Shown: positions 35,818 through 45,974, numbered from the stretch's first letter. The stretch: 64,000 nucleotides of DNA from an uncultured Alphaproteobacteria bacterium (GCA_903842595.1 CAIMMO010000217.1:588-64587); one strand, 5' to 3'. The notes: generated from the letters alone by a model not told the origin. A program made the numbers and translations.

Positions 35818-37443
35818 ATGACGAATCAGGTCAGACAAATGGGGCAGCTCGACGTTGCAATCGTCGGCGCCGGGTTCTCCGGCCTCTACATGCTGCACAA
35901 GGCACGCGAGCTTGGCCTGTCTGCGCGCGTGTTCGAGGCCGCCGACGGGGTTGGCGGCACCTGGTACTGGAACCGTTATCCCGGCGCGCGGGTGGACGTG
36001 GAGAGTCACGAGTATTCGTACTCGTTCTCTCCGGACCTCGAAGAGACGTGGAACTGGAGCGAGCGCTACGCCGCGCAGCCGGAGTTGCTGCGTTATCTCA
36101 ACCACGTCGCTGACAGGTTCGACCTTCGCCGCGACATCAGCTTCGAAACGCGCGTTGCGTCGGCCATCTTTGACGAAGCGGCGCGTCGCTGGACTGTTAC
36201 AACGGACAAGGGTGATCGCATCTCTGCCCGCTATTGCGTCATGGCGACAGGCTGCCTGTCCGTTCCGAAGAGGGTCGACATACCTGGCGCAGAGACGTTC
36301 AGGGGCGAAGCCTACAACACATCAAGCTGGCCCAGTTCTGGTGTCGATTTCCGCGGCAAGCGCGTCGGCATAGTCGGAACGGGATCCTCTGCTGTGCAGA
36401 CGATCACACAGATTGCACCTGAGGTTGGAAGCCTCCACGTCTTCCAGCGCACCCCCAGCTTCAGCATTCCCGCGCACAACGGGCCCGCCAATCCGGATGT
36501 GGTGCGCGACTGGCGCGCCAATCGCGAAAACTACCGACAGGCGGAACGCGAGAATGCAATCGGGATTGTTGCGGCGGTCGCAACCGACAAGCTCGCAATG
36601 GAGACGCCGGCCGAGGAACGCAACCGCGTCTATGAAGAACGCTGGGCCAAGGGCGGCTTCGCCATTGGCGGCTGCTTCGCTGACTTCCTGATTACCAAGG
36701 AGGCAAACGACACGTTCGTCGACTTCATCGCGGAAAAGGTGCGCGGGATCGTGAAGGACCCCGAGACAGCCGAGAAGCTGACCCCCCGGACCTACCCGGT
36801 TGGCTCGAAACGCATCTGCGTCGATACCGGCTATTTCGAGGTGTTCAACCGGGACAATGTCACGCTGGTCGACATCTCGACGGCCCCGGTCAGCGTAACA
36901 CCGAAGGGCGTGAAAACGGGCGGGACAGAATACGAATTCGACTGCCTCATCTTCGCCCTCGGCTTCGACGCGATGACTGGCGCGCTCTCGAAGATCGACA
37001 TCCGCGGGCGGGACGGGCTCGCACTGAAGGACAAGTGGGAAGATGGCCCGCGCACCTATCTCGGCCTCATGGTCGCCGGCTTTCCCAACATGTTCATGGT
37101 GACGGGACCCGGCAGCCCGTCCGTCCTGTCGAACATGGTGGTGTCCATCGAGCAGCACATCGACTGGATCAGCGATTGCATCGCTGCGATGAGCCAGCGC
37201 CAGATGGACGCGATCGAGGCGACGCCCCAGGCCGAAGACATGTGGGTCGCCCATGTCAACGAAGTCGCCAACATGACGCTCTACCCGCAAGCGAACTCCT
37301 GGTATGTCGGCGCCAATGTCGAGGGCAAGGCGCGGGTGTTCATGCCTTATCCCGGCGGCGTGGGCGTCTATCGGCAGCTCTGCAATGACGTGGTTGCAAA
37401 GGGCTATGAGGGATTTGCGATGAGTTCGTCATCGCGCCCATAA
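35818..37443 (+). CDS. type I Baeyer-Villiger (flavin-containing) monooxygenase
   Basis: Trimmed to ATG 35818. Contains VAIVGAGFSGL, GGTWYWNRYPGARVD, the fingerprint FRGEAYNTSSWP, and a second Rossmann fold KRVGIVGTGSSAVQ. Confidence 0.85.
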   Translation: MTNQVRQMGQLDVAIVGAGFSGLYMLHKARELGLSARVFEAADGVGGTWYWNRYPGARVDVESHEYSYSFSPDLEETWNWSERYAAQPELLRYLNHVADRFDLRRDISFETRVASAIFDEAARRWTVTTDKGDRISARYCVMATGCLSVPKRVDIPGAETFRGEAYNTSSWPSSGVDFRGKRVGIVGTGSSAVQTITQIAPEVGSLHVFQRTPSFSIPAHNGPANPDVVRDWRANRENYRQAERENAIGIVAAVATDKLAMETPAEERNRVYEERWAKGGFAIGGCFADFLITKEANDTFVDFIAEKVRGIVKDPETAEKLTPRTYPVGSKRICVDTGYFEVFNRDNVTLVDISTAPVSVTPKGVKTGGTEYEFDCLIFALGFDAMTGALSKIDIRGRDGLALKDKWEDGPRTYLGLMVAGFPNMFMVTGPGSPSVLSNMVVSIEQHIDWISDCIAAMSQRQMDAIEATPQAEDMWVAHVNEVANMTLYPQANSWYVGANVEGKARVFMPYPGGVGVYRQLCNDVVAKGYEGFAMSSSSRP

Positions 37444-37448
37444 TCCTT

Positions 37449-38243
37449 CTATTTCTTCAAGATCTGGATTTTCCTGAATTCGATCGGGTTGCCTTCACTC
37501 TGGAGCGAGATCGTGCCGCCATCGAGCACAAGCTTGCCGCCCGCCGCCGCGACAAGCGGTTTCGAATTGGCCATGCGGCCCTCGGGATCGAGTTGAACCC
37601 GTGAATAGACGATGGTGGAGGCGCCATTGATCTTTTGTGTGACAGTGCCGTCCGCAGCGACTTCAACCTCGAATTCAGCCCAGACCTCGTTCGGGCCCGC
37701 CGGTGTTTTCGAATTGATGCAGTGCGTCGTCTCAAGCTTTCCATCGATCACCACATGCGTGCCTGGCGAGCACATGTTGCCGTTGAAGCGTTCCTGCCCA
37801 GGCGCCTGGCCGAGCAGCTGCGCTTCAACCGACACAGGGAAGCTGTCGCCGACGGCCATGCCCTTGGGGTCCTCCCCAAAGATCATCACGCCCGAATTCG
37901 CGATGGCCCAGCCCGGCGTGTCCGCCGGATGCGCGTTCAGGAAGCGGTATTCGAAGCGCAGCCGGTATGGGCCATAGACAGGCTCCTTGTAGAACAGGTG
38001 GCCGAAGCGCTCGCCGAACTGGTCGTACTTGTCGTAGCTGACCACGATAGCCCCGTCGCGTACGCGGAAGGTGTCGCGATAATTCTCGCCCAGTGGAAAA
38101 CCGCGAATCTTGGGCGTCCAGCCATCCAGCGTCTTGCCGTCGAACAGCGGTTGCCAGCCCTCGCCGCCTTGCGGCATTGCGGTGCACCCGCCGATGCAAA
38201 GCGCCATAGTCGCGACGGCAATGCGATTTACCCATGATTTCAT
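37449..38243 (-). CDS. DUF1080 (3-keto-disaccharide hydrolase family) lipoprotein
   Basis: Trimmed to ATG 38243 (MKSWVNRIAVATMALCIGGC). Contains GWQPLFDGKTLDGW...NSGVMIF...ISLQSEGNPIEFRKIQI. Confidence 0.8.
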   Translation of the reverse strand: MKSWVNRIAVATMALCIGGCTAMPQGGEGWQPLFDGKTLDGWTPKIRGFPLGENYRDTFRVRDGAIVVSYDKYDQFGERFGHLFYKEPVYGPYRLRFEYRFLNAHPADTPGWAIANSGVMIFGEDPKGMAVGDSFPVSVEAQLLGQAPGQERFNGNMCSPGTHVVIDGKLETTHCINSKTPAGPNEVWAEFEVEVAADGTVTQKINGASTIVYSRVQLDPEGRMANSKPLVAAAGGKLVLDGGTISLQSEGNPIEFRKIQILKK

Positions 38244-38366
38244 GGCGATCTTCCTGTCCCTTCGCGCCTGCCCCGTGGACACGGCGCCTCACGCTGCTAA
38301 CACTCGATCCTAGAACACGCGCGGGACGCTGGCGACAGACCAGCGGGGCGCAAGGGAGGACGATAC

Positions 38367-39593
38367 GTGATTCAGACGCGCCTGTTCCTTATGATGCTGC
38401 TCCAGCTCGCGATCTGGGGCGCGTACATGCCGAAACTATTTCCCTACATGGGGCAGCTGGGTTTCGAGGCGTGGCAGCAATCGCTGGTCGGCAGCGCCTG
38501 GGGCATCGCGTCGATCCTCGGAATCTTCTTTTCCAACCAGTTTGCCGACCGTAATTTTTCGGCTGAGCGCTTCCTTGCGGTGAGCAACGTCATTGGCGGT
38601 GTTGCGCTTCTCGGATGCGCGTACTTCACCGACTTCTGGTCGTTCTTCTGGTGCTATCTCGCCTTCAGCCTTGTCTACGTTCCGTCGATGTCGGTCTCCA
38701 ACGCGATCGCCTTTGCCAACCTGCGCGATCCTGCCGCCCAGTTCGGCACGATCCGCATGGGCGGCACGATCGGCTGGATCATGGTCAGCTGGCCGTTTGT
38801 ATTCCTGCTGAGCGCGGACGCCGGGCCCGAGCAGGTTCGCCTGATCTTTGTGGTCGCCGCCATCGTCTCGTTCGCCTTCGCCGCCTACAGCCTGACATTG
38901 CCGCATACGCCCCCGCGGCGCGATGCGGCCGACAGCGACCCTCTGGCATGGCGCAAGGCGATCAAGCTGCTGGGTATCCCGTCCATCGCCATACTGTTCG
39001 TCGTCACCTTCATCGATAGCGTGGTGCACAACGGCTATTTCGTCATGGCAGATGGCTATCTCACCAACCGCGTCGGTATCGACGCGAACCTGTCCATGAT
39101 CGTGCTCAGCATCGGCCAGGTCGCCGAGATCGTGACGATGTTCATACTCGGCGCCGTGCTGATCCGGATCGGCTGGAAGGCTACGATGATCATTGGCATC
39201 CTTGGCCACGCCGCGCGGTTCCTGGTGTTCGCCTTCTTCCCGGACAGCGTGCCGACGATCATCACGGTTCAGTTGCTGCACGGCGTCTGCTATGCATTCT
39301 TCTTCGCGACCGTGTACATCTTCGTCGACGCCGCCTTCCCGAAAGACGTACGCTCCAGCGCGCAGGGGCTGTTCAACCTGCTGATCCTGGGTATCGGCAA
39401 CGTTGCCGCCAGCTTCCTTTTCCCGGCATTGATGGCTCAGTTCACGATCGGTGGGACTGAGCCGGGGACAACCGCGATCGATTACCAGAAACTGTTCATG
39501 GTCCCAGCCGGCATGGCGCTCGTCGCCGTCCTGCTGCTGGCCTTGTTCTTCCGCCCGGCGGAGCGCGCCCCGGCAAGCGTTGCAGCGGCATGA
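38367..39593 (+). CDS. MFS transporter, nucleoside:H+ symporter (NHS)-like
   Basis: 408 aa with a GTG start. 12 hydrophobic segments. N-terminus MIQTRLFLMMLLQLAIWGAYMPKLFPYMG is typical of the Nuc_H_symport family as I recall it. Confidence 0.75.
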   Translation: MIQTRLFLMMLLQLAIWGAYMPKLFPYMGQLGFEAWQQSLVGSAWGIASILGIFFSNQFADRNFSAERFLAVSNVIGGVALLGCAYFTDFWSFFWCYLAFSLVYVPSMSVSNAIAFANLRDPAAQFGTIRMGGTIGWIMVSWPFVFLLSADAGPEQVRLIFVVAAIVSFAFAAYSLTLPHTPPRRDAADSDPLAWRKAIKLLGIPSIAILFVVTFIDSVVHNGYFVMADGYLTNRVGIDANLSMIVLSIGQVAEIVTMFILGAVLIRIGWKATMIIGILGHAARFLVFAFFPDSVPTIITVQLLHGVCYAFFFATVYIFVDAAFPKDVRSSAQGLFNLLILGIGNVAASFLFPALMAQFTIGGTEPGTTAIDYQKLFMVPAGMALVAVLLLALFFRPAERAPASVAAA

Positions 39594-39602
39594 GATTTCA
39601 CA

Positions 39603-40580
39603 ATGGAGCGAACCATGATCGATCTTTCCCGACGCCGCTTCATGCAGGCTCTCGCTGCCACAGGCGCCGCGGCGCCGCTGGCCGCGGCGTGCCAGACCAT
39701 GCCTAGCGGTCCGTTCTTTCAGGGACGTGCAGCGCCGATCGGCATCCAGCTCTATACGCTGTCGGACATGCTCGCGTCCAACCTGGAAGGCGCAATCGCC
39801 GAGGTCGCGCGCATCGGCTACAAGACGGTGGAGATCCCGTCCTACATGGGCAAGACACCCGCGCAACTTCGCGAACTGTTCTCGCGCAACGGCGTCGCTT
39901 GCACCGCCGCCCACATCCAGATGGCGCCCGGAACGTCTGCAGCGCCCGGTCTGCGCGGCGACCTCTCCAAGCTCGCCGCCGACATGCACACGCTGGGCGC
40001 AGGCTTCGTCTATGCGCCATCCATGCCTGCGCCAGCGGACATCGGCCTGACGCCGAATGCGGGCGAAGGCTATGCCTTCATCGTCCGCGCCGCAGCCGCG
40101 ATGGGCGAAGATCGCTGGAAGCGCTTTGCCAGCGAGCTGTCCGAAGTTGGCCGCAAGCTGAATGCAGACGGCATCAAGTTCGGCTACCACAATCACAACT
40201 ATGAGTTCGTGAAGGTCGGCAACCGTTCGGGCTTCGATATCCTGGTGCAGGAGAGCGATCCAGCAACGGTATCGTTCGAACTCGACGTAGGCTGGGCGGC
40301 AGCTGCGGGCGAAGACATCCCGGCGCTGTTCGCCAGGTATTCCGGCCGTTGTACCGGCATGCACATCAAGGATTTGAAGGCGACCACGCAGGCCAACATC
40401 GCGTTGAAGATGGACCCGTCGGATGTGGGATCAGGCAAGCTCGACTGGAAGACCATTCTTCCCGCGGCTCACGCAGCAGGCGTGCGGAACTACTTCCTCG
40501 AGCAGGAACCGCCTTTCGACAAGCCGAGGCTGGAAGCGGCGGCAAACGGGTATAGGTTCCTCAGCACACTGGAAACCTGA
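39603..40580 (+). CDS. xylose-isomerase-like TIM-barrel protein (sugar phosphate isomerase/epimerase family) with Tat signal
   Basis: 325 aa. Twin-arginine signal MIDLSRRRFMQALAATGAAAPLAAA. AP_endonuc_2-type barrel (YHNHNYEF, ELDVGW, HIKD). Confidence 0.8.
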   Translation: MERTMIDLSRRRFMQALAATGAAAPLAAACQTMPSGPFFQGRAAPIGIQLYTLSDMLASNLEGAIAEVARIGYKTVEIPSYMGKTPAQLRELFSRNGVACTAAHIQMAPGTSAAPGLRGDLSKLAADMHTLGAGFVYAPSMPAPADIGLTPNAGEGYAFIVRAAAAMGEDRWKRFASELSEVGRKLNADGIKFGYHNHNYEFVKVGNRSGFDILVQESDPATVSFELDVGWAAAAGEDIPALFARYSGRCTGMHIKDLKATTQANIALKMDPSDVGSGKLDWKTILPAAHAAGVRNYFLEQEPPFDKPRLEAAANGYRFLSTLET

Positions 40581-40589
40581 GGACTGGCC

Positions 40590-41648
40590 ATGAAAACCAT
40601 GAAGGGACCCGGCATCTTCCTTGCGCAGTTCGTCGGGCCGGATGCGCCATTCAACTCTCTCCCCACCATAGCAAAGTGGGCGAAGGAGAAGGGCTTTGTC
40701 GGCGTTCAGATTCCGACAGGCGAAGCATCGCTGTTCGATCTGCGCAAGGCGGCGGAAAGCGATGCATACTGCGACGAGATCAAGGGCATCCTGAAGGATG
40801 CCGGCATCGTCATCACGGAACTGTCCACGCACCTGCAGGGCCAGCTGGTCGCAGTGCACCCTGCCTACGACACGCTGTTCGACGCCTTCGCGCCGCCCCA
40901 GGTGCGCGGCAATCCGAAGGCGCGGCAGGAATGGGCGGTTGAGCAGCTTCATCTCGCCGCGAAGGCATCGCGCCGCCTTGGCCTGGACGCCAGCGTGACG
41001 TTCTCAGGCTCGCTCGCCTGGCCCTATTTCTTTCCGTGGCCGCAGCGCCCGCCGGGACTGTTCGAGACTGCATTCGAGGAGCTGGCCAAACGCTGGCATC
41101 CGATCCTTGATGCCTACGAGGAAGCCGGTGTCGATCTCTGCTATGAGATCCACCCCAGCGAGGACCTGTTCGATGGAACGACGTTCGAGATGTTTCTCGA
41201 CCGCGTCAAGGGTCACCGGCGCTGCAACATCCTGTTCGACCCGAGCCACTTCGTGCTGCAGCAGCTGAACTATCTCGACTACATTGATCTGTACCACGAG
41301 CGGATCAAGATGTTCCACGTGAAGGATGCAGAGTTCAATCCGACAGGACGGCAGGGTGTCTATTCGGGCTACGCGCCGTGGCTGGAACGCGCCGGGCGGT
41401 TCCGCTCGGTCGGTGACGGGCAAGTGGACTTCAAGGGCATCTTCTCGAAGCTTGCGGGTTACGACTATGAAGGCTGGGCGGTGCTGGAGTGGGAGTGCTG
41501 CATCAAGCATCCGGAAGATGGCGCGCGCGAAGGCGCGGCCTTCATCCGCGACCACATCATCCGGGTGACGCCGCGCGCGTTCGACGATTTCGCAGCGAGC
41601 GGTACGGATGAAAAGGCCAACCGCCGCCTGCTGGGCCTCGACCGTTGA
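40590..41648 (+). CDS. xylose-isomerase-like TIM-barrel protein (cytoplasmic)
   Basis: 352 aa with no signal peptide. Contains CYEIHPSE, FDPSHF, FHVKDAE and LEWEC metal-ligand-like positions. Confidence 0.8.
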   Translation: MKTMKGPGIFLAQFVGPDAPFNSLPTIAKWAKEKGFVGVQIPTGEASLFDLRKAAESDAYCDEIKGILKDAGIVITELSTHLQGQLVAVHPAYDTLFDAFAPPQVRGNPKARQEWAVEQLHLAAKASRRLGLDASVTFSGSLAWPYFFPWPQRPPGLFETAFEELAKRWHPILDAYEEAGVDLCYEIHPSEDLFDGTTFEMFLDRVKGHRRCNILFDPSHFVLQQLNYLDYIDLYHERIKMFHVKDAEFNPTGRQGVYSGYAPWLERAGRFRSVGDGQVDFKGIFSKLAGYDYEGWAVLEWECCIKHPEDGAREGAAFIRDHIIRVTPRAFDDFAASGTDEKANRRLLGLDR

Positions 41649-42781
41649 GGCGCCTGCGCCTCGGCATGGTCGGCGGCGGCGAAGGGGCGTTCATCGGCGG
41701 CGTGCATCGCATGGCTGCAAGACTGGACGGGCACTGGGATCTGGTCGCAGGCAACTTCCAGTCCGACCCTGTCAGATCTGTCGCCTTCGGCAAGGCGCTC
41801 GGCCTGGACGAAGCGCGCGCCTATCCTGACTTCCGTACGATGGCGGCAAGCGAGGACGCACGCGCGGACCGCATCGATGCGGTTGCGATCGTGACGCCGA
41901 ACTCCACGCACCACGCGATTGCGCGTGCATTTCTGGACGTCGGCATCGCGGTGATCTGCGACAAGCCGATGACGACGACGCGCAAGCATGCGGATGATCT
42001 GGTCGATGTCGTGAAGCGCACAGGACTGCCCTTCATCCTGACACACAACTATTCGGGCTACCCGATGGTGCGGCAGGCGCGCGTGATGATCGACGCCGGC
42101 GAGCTTGGAAACATCCGCATCATTCAGGCCGAGTACGCGCAGGATTGGCTGGCGACCGAACTGCCCGGCAACAAGCAGGCTGACTGGCGCGGCGACCCGG
42201 CGAGAGCCGGCCCCGGTGGAGCGCTGGGCGACATCGCAACGCATGCTTTCCAGCTGATGGAATTCGTCACTGGGCTGAAAACCGGTTCTCTCGCCGCTGA
42301 CCTTTCCGCCTTCGTGCCGGAGCGCAAGGTGGACGACAATGTCAACGTGATGCTGCGGCTTGGCGATGCGCGCGGAATGCTGTGGGCGAGCCAGGTGGCC
42401 ACGGGGTCTGTCAACGGGTTGAAGCTGCGCGTGTTTGGCGACAGGGGCGGGCTCGAGTGGGCGCAGGAGACGCCCGAGACACTGCTGTTCACGCCGCTGG
42501 GAGGGCAGCAGCGCATCCTGCGTCGTGGCGGCGCCGGCGTTTCCGCCTCCGCCGCTCATGCAACACGGGTTCCGGGCGGGCATCCGGAAGGCTATCTTGA
42601 AGGCTTTGCACAGATCTATTCGGATGCTGCAGAACTGATGCGCGCGTATCAGGAGAAGCGGGCGCCAGATCCATACGCGACGCTGGCGCCGGGCGTGGGC
42701 GATGGCCTGCGCGGCGTGAAATTCATCGAGGCGGCCGTCGCCTCCAGTGAAAACAATGGCGCATGGACTGCGCTGGACTGA
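41645..42781 (+). CDS. Gfo/Idh/MocA-family NAD(P)-dependent oxidoreductase
   Basis: 378 aa. N-terminal Rossmann fold LRLGMVGGGEGAFIG and an EKP-like CDKPM motif. The TTG start overlaps the upstream stop; ATG 41666 is an alternative. Confidence 0.85.
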   Translation: MRRLRLGMVGGGEGAFIGGVHRMAARLDGHWDLVAGNFQSDPVRSVAFGKALGLDEARAYPDFRTMAASEDARADRIDAVAIVTPNSTHHAIARAFLDVGIAVICDKPMTTTRKHADDLVDVVKRTGLPFILTHNYSGYPMVRQARVMIDAGELGNIRIIQAEYAQDWLATELPGNKQADWRGDPARAGPGGALGDIATHAFQLMEFVTGLKTGSLAADLSAFVPERKVDDNVNVMLRLGDARGMLWASQVATGSVNGLKLRVFGDRGGLEWAQETPETLLFTPLGGQQRILRRGGAGVSASAAHATRVPGGHPEGYLEGFAQIYSDAAELMRAYQEKRAPDPYATLAPGVGDGLRGVKFIEAAVASSENNGAWTALD

Positions 42782-42793
42782 GGGAGATCTGAC

Positions 42794-43543
42794 ATGCGGA
42801 TGATGGCAGGAATGCTAACAGCGACGATCGTGCTCGCGGCATGCGGTGGAGAGCCGACGCCGGCGGCGCCGTCTGCAGAGGTTGCGCCACCGGCCGCCGA
42901 GGCGCCTGCGATGGGCACGCTGACCGCTGAGCAGCAGGCACAGGGGTGGAAGACGCTGTTCAACGGCACGGACCTTTCGGGGTGGAAAGGCTACAAGAAG
43001 GATGCCCCCGGCGCTGGCTGGGTTGTCGAGAATGGCGAGCTGACGCTGACGGCGGGCGGCGCGGGCGACATCATGACGGTGGAGCAGTTCGGCCCGTTCG
43101 AACTGTCGCTGGAGTGGAAGATATCGCCCAAAGGAAACAGCGGGATCATCTATCTGGTCAACGAAGATCCGACGGCGGAGAACACCTACAACACGGGCCC
43201 GGAGATGCAGGTGCTCGACAATGATGGGCATCCCGACGGCAAGATACCCTCCCATCGCGCCGGCGCACTCTATGATTTCACCGTGCCACCCGATGGCGCC
43301 GTCAAGCCAGTAGGCGAATGGAACGAGGCCGTTGTGCGCTTCACCGGATCCGAGATCGAGCACTGGCTGAACGGCAAACTCGTGTCGGAATCTAGCTATG
43401 GCGACGACGCCTGGAAGACGAAAGTCGCGGCGACTAAGTTCAAGCAATGGCCACTGTTCGGGACGTTTGCTCGCGGGCATATCGCGCTGCAGGACCATGG
43501 CGATCGCGTTTGGTATCGCAACATCCGCATTCGTCCACTCTAG
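42794..43543 (+). CDS. DUF1080 (3-keto-disaccharide hydrolase family) lipoprotein
   Basis: 249 aa. Lipobox TIVLAAC. Contains GWKTLFNGTDLSGWKGY...FELSLEWKISPKGNSGIIY...GHIALQDHGDRVWYRNIRIRPL. Confidence 0.8.
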   Translation: MRMMAGMLTATIVLAACGGEPTPAAPSAEVAPPAAEAPAMGTLTAEQQAQGWKTLFNGTDLSGWKGYKKDAPGAGWVVENGELTLTAGGAGDIMTVEQFGPFELSLEWKISPKGNSGIIYLVNEDPTAENTYNTGPEMQVLDNDGHPDGKIPSHRAGALYDFTVPPDGAVKPVGEWNEAVVRFTGSEIEHWLNGKLVSESSYGDDAWKTKVAATKFKQWPLFGTFARGHIALQDHGDRVWYRNIRIRPL

Positions 43544-43612
43544 GCGAAAGGCAGTCTGCCGAGTCAGCGCGCATCCGCACAGCGATCCCCTGGGTGGGCG
43601 CGATGTCGCCCG

Positions 43613-44239
43613 TCAGACGAGCGTCGCTTCCGTACTGGAGACGATCTCCTCGTGGGAGACGCCCGGCGCTGCTTCGACCAGCTTCAGGCCGCCTTCCACG
43701 ACATCGAACACACCCAGATTCGTGATGATGCGGTTCACAACGCGCTTTCCCGTCAGCGGCAGAGAGCATTGTTTCAGTAGCTTGGTCTCGCCAGCCTTGC
43801 TGGTGTGATCCATGATGACGACGACCCGCTTCACGCCGGCGACAAGATCCATCGCCCCACCCATGCCTTTCACCAGCTTGCCCGGGATCATCCAGTTGGC
43901 GAGGTCGCCTGTTTCGGAGACTTCCATCGCGCCGAGAATGGCAAGATCGATATGGCCGCCGCGGATCATGCCGAAGGATTGCGAAGACGAGAAATAGACT
44001 GAGCGATCAAGCTCCGTAATCGTCTGTTTGCCGGCGTTGATGAGATCCGCGTCTTCCTCGCCCTCGATCGGGAACGGCCCCATGCCGAGCATGCCGTTTT
44101 CCGACTGCAACGTGACATCCACGCCCTCGGGAATATGGTTCGCCACCAGCGTCGGAATTCCAATTCCAAGGTTCACATAGAACCCGTTCTGCAACTCCTG
44201 CGCAGCGCGGGCAGCCATCTGATCGCGGTTCCAGGGCAT
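43613..44239 (-). CDS. scoB: 3-oxoacid CoA-transferase subunit B
   Basis: 208 aa. Contains SENGMLG with the catalytic Glu and GGAMDLV. The start overlaps the scoA stop. Confidence 0.9.
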   Translation of the reverse strand: MPWNRDQMAARAAQELQNGFYVNLGIGIPTLVANHIPEGVDVTLQSENGMLGMGPFPIEGEEDADLINAGKQTITELDRSVYFSSSQSFGMIRGGHIDLAILGAMEVSETGDLANWMIPGKLVKGMGGAMDLVAGVKRVVVIMDHTSKAGETKLLKQCSLPLTGKRVVNRIITNLGVFDVVEGGLKLVEAAPGVSHEEIVSSTEATLV

Positions 44240-44946
44240 CAGACGGACTCCTTCTTGCGAACGGTGCGCTGCTCGATGCGCTTCTCGAAGTCGCCCTTGA
44301 TCAGGCGGTTCACGAAAATGCCCGGCAGATGGATGTGGTCAGGGTCAAGCGACCCAACGGGAACGATTTCCTCGACCTCGACAACGCAGACTTTTCCGGC
44401 GGTCGCCATGTCTGGGTTGAAGTTGCGGGCCGTCTTGCGGAAGACAAGGTTACCCTGCGTGTCGGCCTTCCAGGCCTTCACGATCGACAGGTCCGACACG
44501 AGGCCAGTTTCGAGGATGTAGGTCTGGCCATTGAACTCGCGGTGTTCCTTGCCCTCGGCGACAATCGTGCCGACGCCGGTCTTGGTATAGAAGCCTGGAA
44601 TTCCCGCCCCGCCAGCCCGGCATCGCTCGGCAAGTGTGCCTTGCGGATTGAATTCAAGCTCAAGTTCGCCGGAGAGATACTGCCGCTCGAACTCCTTGTT
44701 CTCGCCCACATAGGACGAGATCATCTTCTTCACTTGCCGCGAGTTCAGCAGCACGCCGAGACCGAAGCCATCCACACCGGCATTGTTGGAGATGACGGTG
44801 AGGTTCTTCGTGCCTTGCCGCTTTACTTCGGCGATCAGATTCTCGGGAATGCCGCACAGGCCGAAACCGCCCGCCATGATCGTCATTCCGTCGAACAGCA
44901 CGCCGTCGAGCGCCGCCTGCGCGCTGGGATAGATCTTGCTCGCCAT
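44239..44946 (-). CDS. scoA: 3-oxoacid CoA-transferase subunit A
   Basis: 235 aa. Contains [13 protein letters not shown] and [14 protein letters not shown]. Confidence 0.9.
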   Translation of the reverse strand: MASKIYPSAQAALDGVLFDGMTIMAGGFGLCGIPENLIAEVKRQGTKNLTVISNNAGVDGFGLGVLLNSRQVKKMISSYVGENKEFERQYLSGELELEFNPQGTLAERCRAGGAGIPGFYTKTGVGTIVAEGKEHREFNGQTYILETGLVSDLSIVKAWKADTQGNLVFRKTARNFNPDMATAGKVCVVEVEEIVPVGSLDPDHIHLPGIFVNRLIKGDFEKRIEQRTVRKKESV

Positions 44947-44960
44947 GCCATTATCCCTTG

Positions 44961-45965
44961 CTAGCCGCCGACGACCTGGTCGATCCGCCCGAAGACGGAG
45001 CGGCCACGATCATCCAGCATTTCGATCTCGACGCGGTCGCCGCGCTTGAGAAATCCGGTCTTGGCCACGCCCTGTGTGATCGTTTCGACCATGCGGAGCT
45101 CGGCGATGCACGAATATCCAACGCCACCATCGGCGATGGCCTTGCCCGGCCCGCCATCCTCGCCGCGATTGGACACCGTGCCCGAGCCGATGATGGAGCC
45201 AGCAGACAGCGCGCGCGTCTTTGCGGCGTGCGCAATCAGGGTCGGAAAGTCGAATGTCATGTCGGCCCGTGTATTCGCGCGACCAAAGGACTCGCCATTG
45301 AGCCGGACAGACAGCGTGCCGTTCAGCCGGTCGCCATCCCACATGCCCTCGAACTCGTCGGGCGTGACGGCAACGGGAGAGAAAGCGGAGGATGGCTTCG
45401 ACTGGAAGAAGCCGAAGCCCTTCGCAAGTTCATTCGGAATGAGATTGCGCAGGCTGACGTCGTTGCAGAGCATGACAAGGCGGACCGCGCGCTGTGCTTC
45501 CGCGTGGCTGGCGCCGAGGCGGACATCGCCGGTAACGACGGCGACCTCGCCCTCCATGTCGCAGCCCCAGCTTTCGTCGGCGAGCGGGATGGGATCACGC
45601 GGGCCGAGGAAAGTATCCGAGCCGCCCTGATACATCAGCGGGTCGGTCCAGAACGTGTCTGGCATTTCGGCGTTGCGCGCCTTGCGCACCAGCGCCACGT
45701 GATTCACGTAGGCCGAGCCGTCGGCCCACTGGTAGGCGCGCGGCAGAGGTGAGGCACAATCCTTCTCGTGGAAACGGTCGGTGGGAACGGACCCGATCTC
45801 GACCTCGTCCGCCAGCGTGTGCAGGCGCGGTGCATGACGCTTCCAGTTATCCAGCGCAGCCTGCAAGGTCGGCGCAATGTGGCCAGCGTCGGCAAAACGC
45901 GTGAGATCACGCGAAACCACGACCAGACGTCCATCGCGGCCATGCTTGAGGGATGCTAGCTTCAT
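44961..45965 (-). CDS. fumarylacetoacetate hydrolase (FAH) family protein, short type
   Basis: 334 aa. N-terminus [23 protein letters not shown]-fold C-domain ([10 protein letters not shown]...GSGTVSN). The fumarylacetoacetase role is inferred from the operon context. Confidence 0.8.
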   Translation of the reverse strand: MKLASLKHGRDGRLVVVSRDLTRFADAGHIAPTLQAALDNWKRHAPRLHTLADEVEIGSVPTDRFHEKDCASPLPRAYQWADGSAYVNHVALVRKARNAEMPDTFWTDPLMYQGGSDTFLGPRDPIPLADESWGCDMEGEVAVVTGDVRLGASHAEAQRAVRLVMLCNDVSLRNLIPNELAKGFGFFQSKPSSAFSPVAVTPDEFEGMWDGDRLNGTLSVRLNGESFGRANTRADMTFDFPTLIAHAAKTRALSAGSIIGSGTVSNRGEDGGPGKAIADGGVGYSCIAELRMVETITQGVAKTGFLKRGDRVEIEMLDDRGRSVFGRIDQVVGG

Positions 45966-45974
45966 GAGCGTCTT

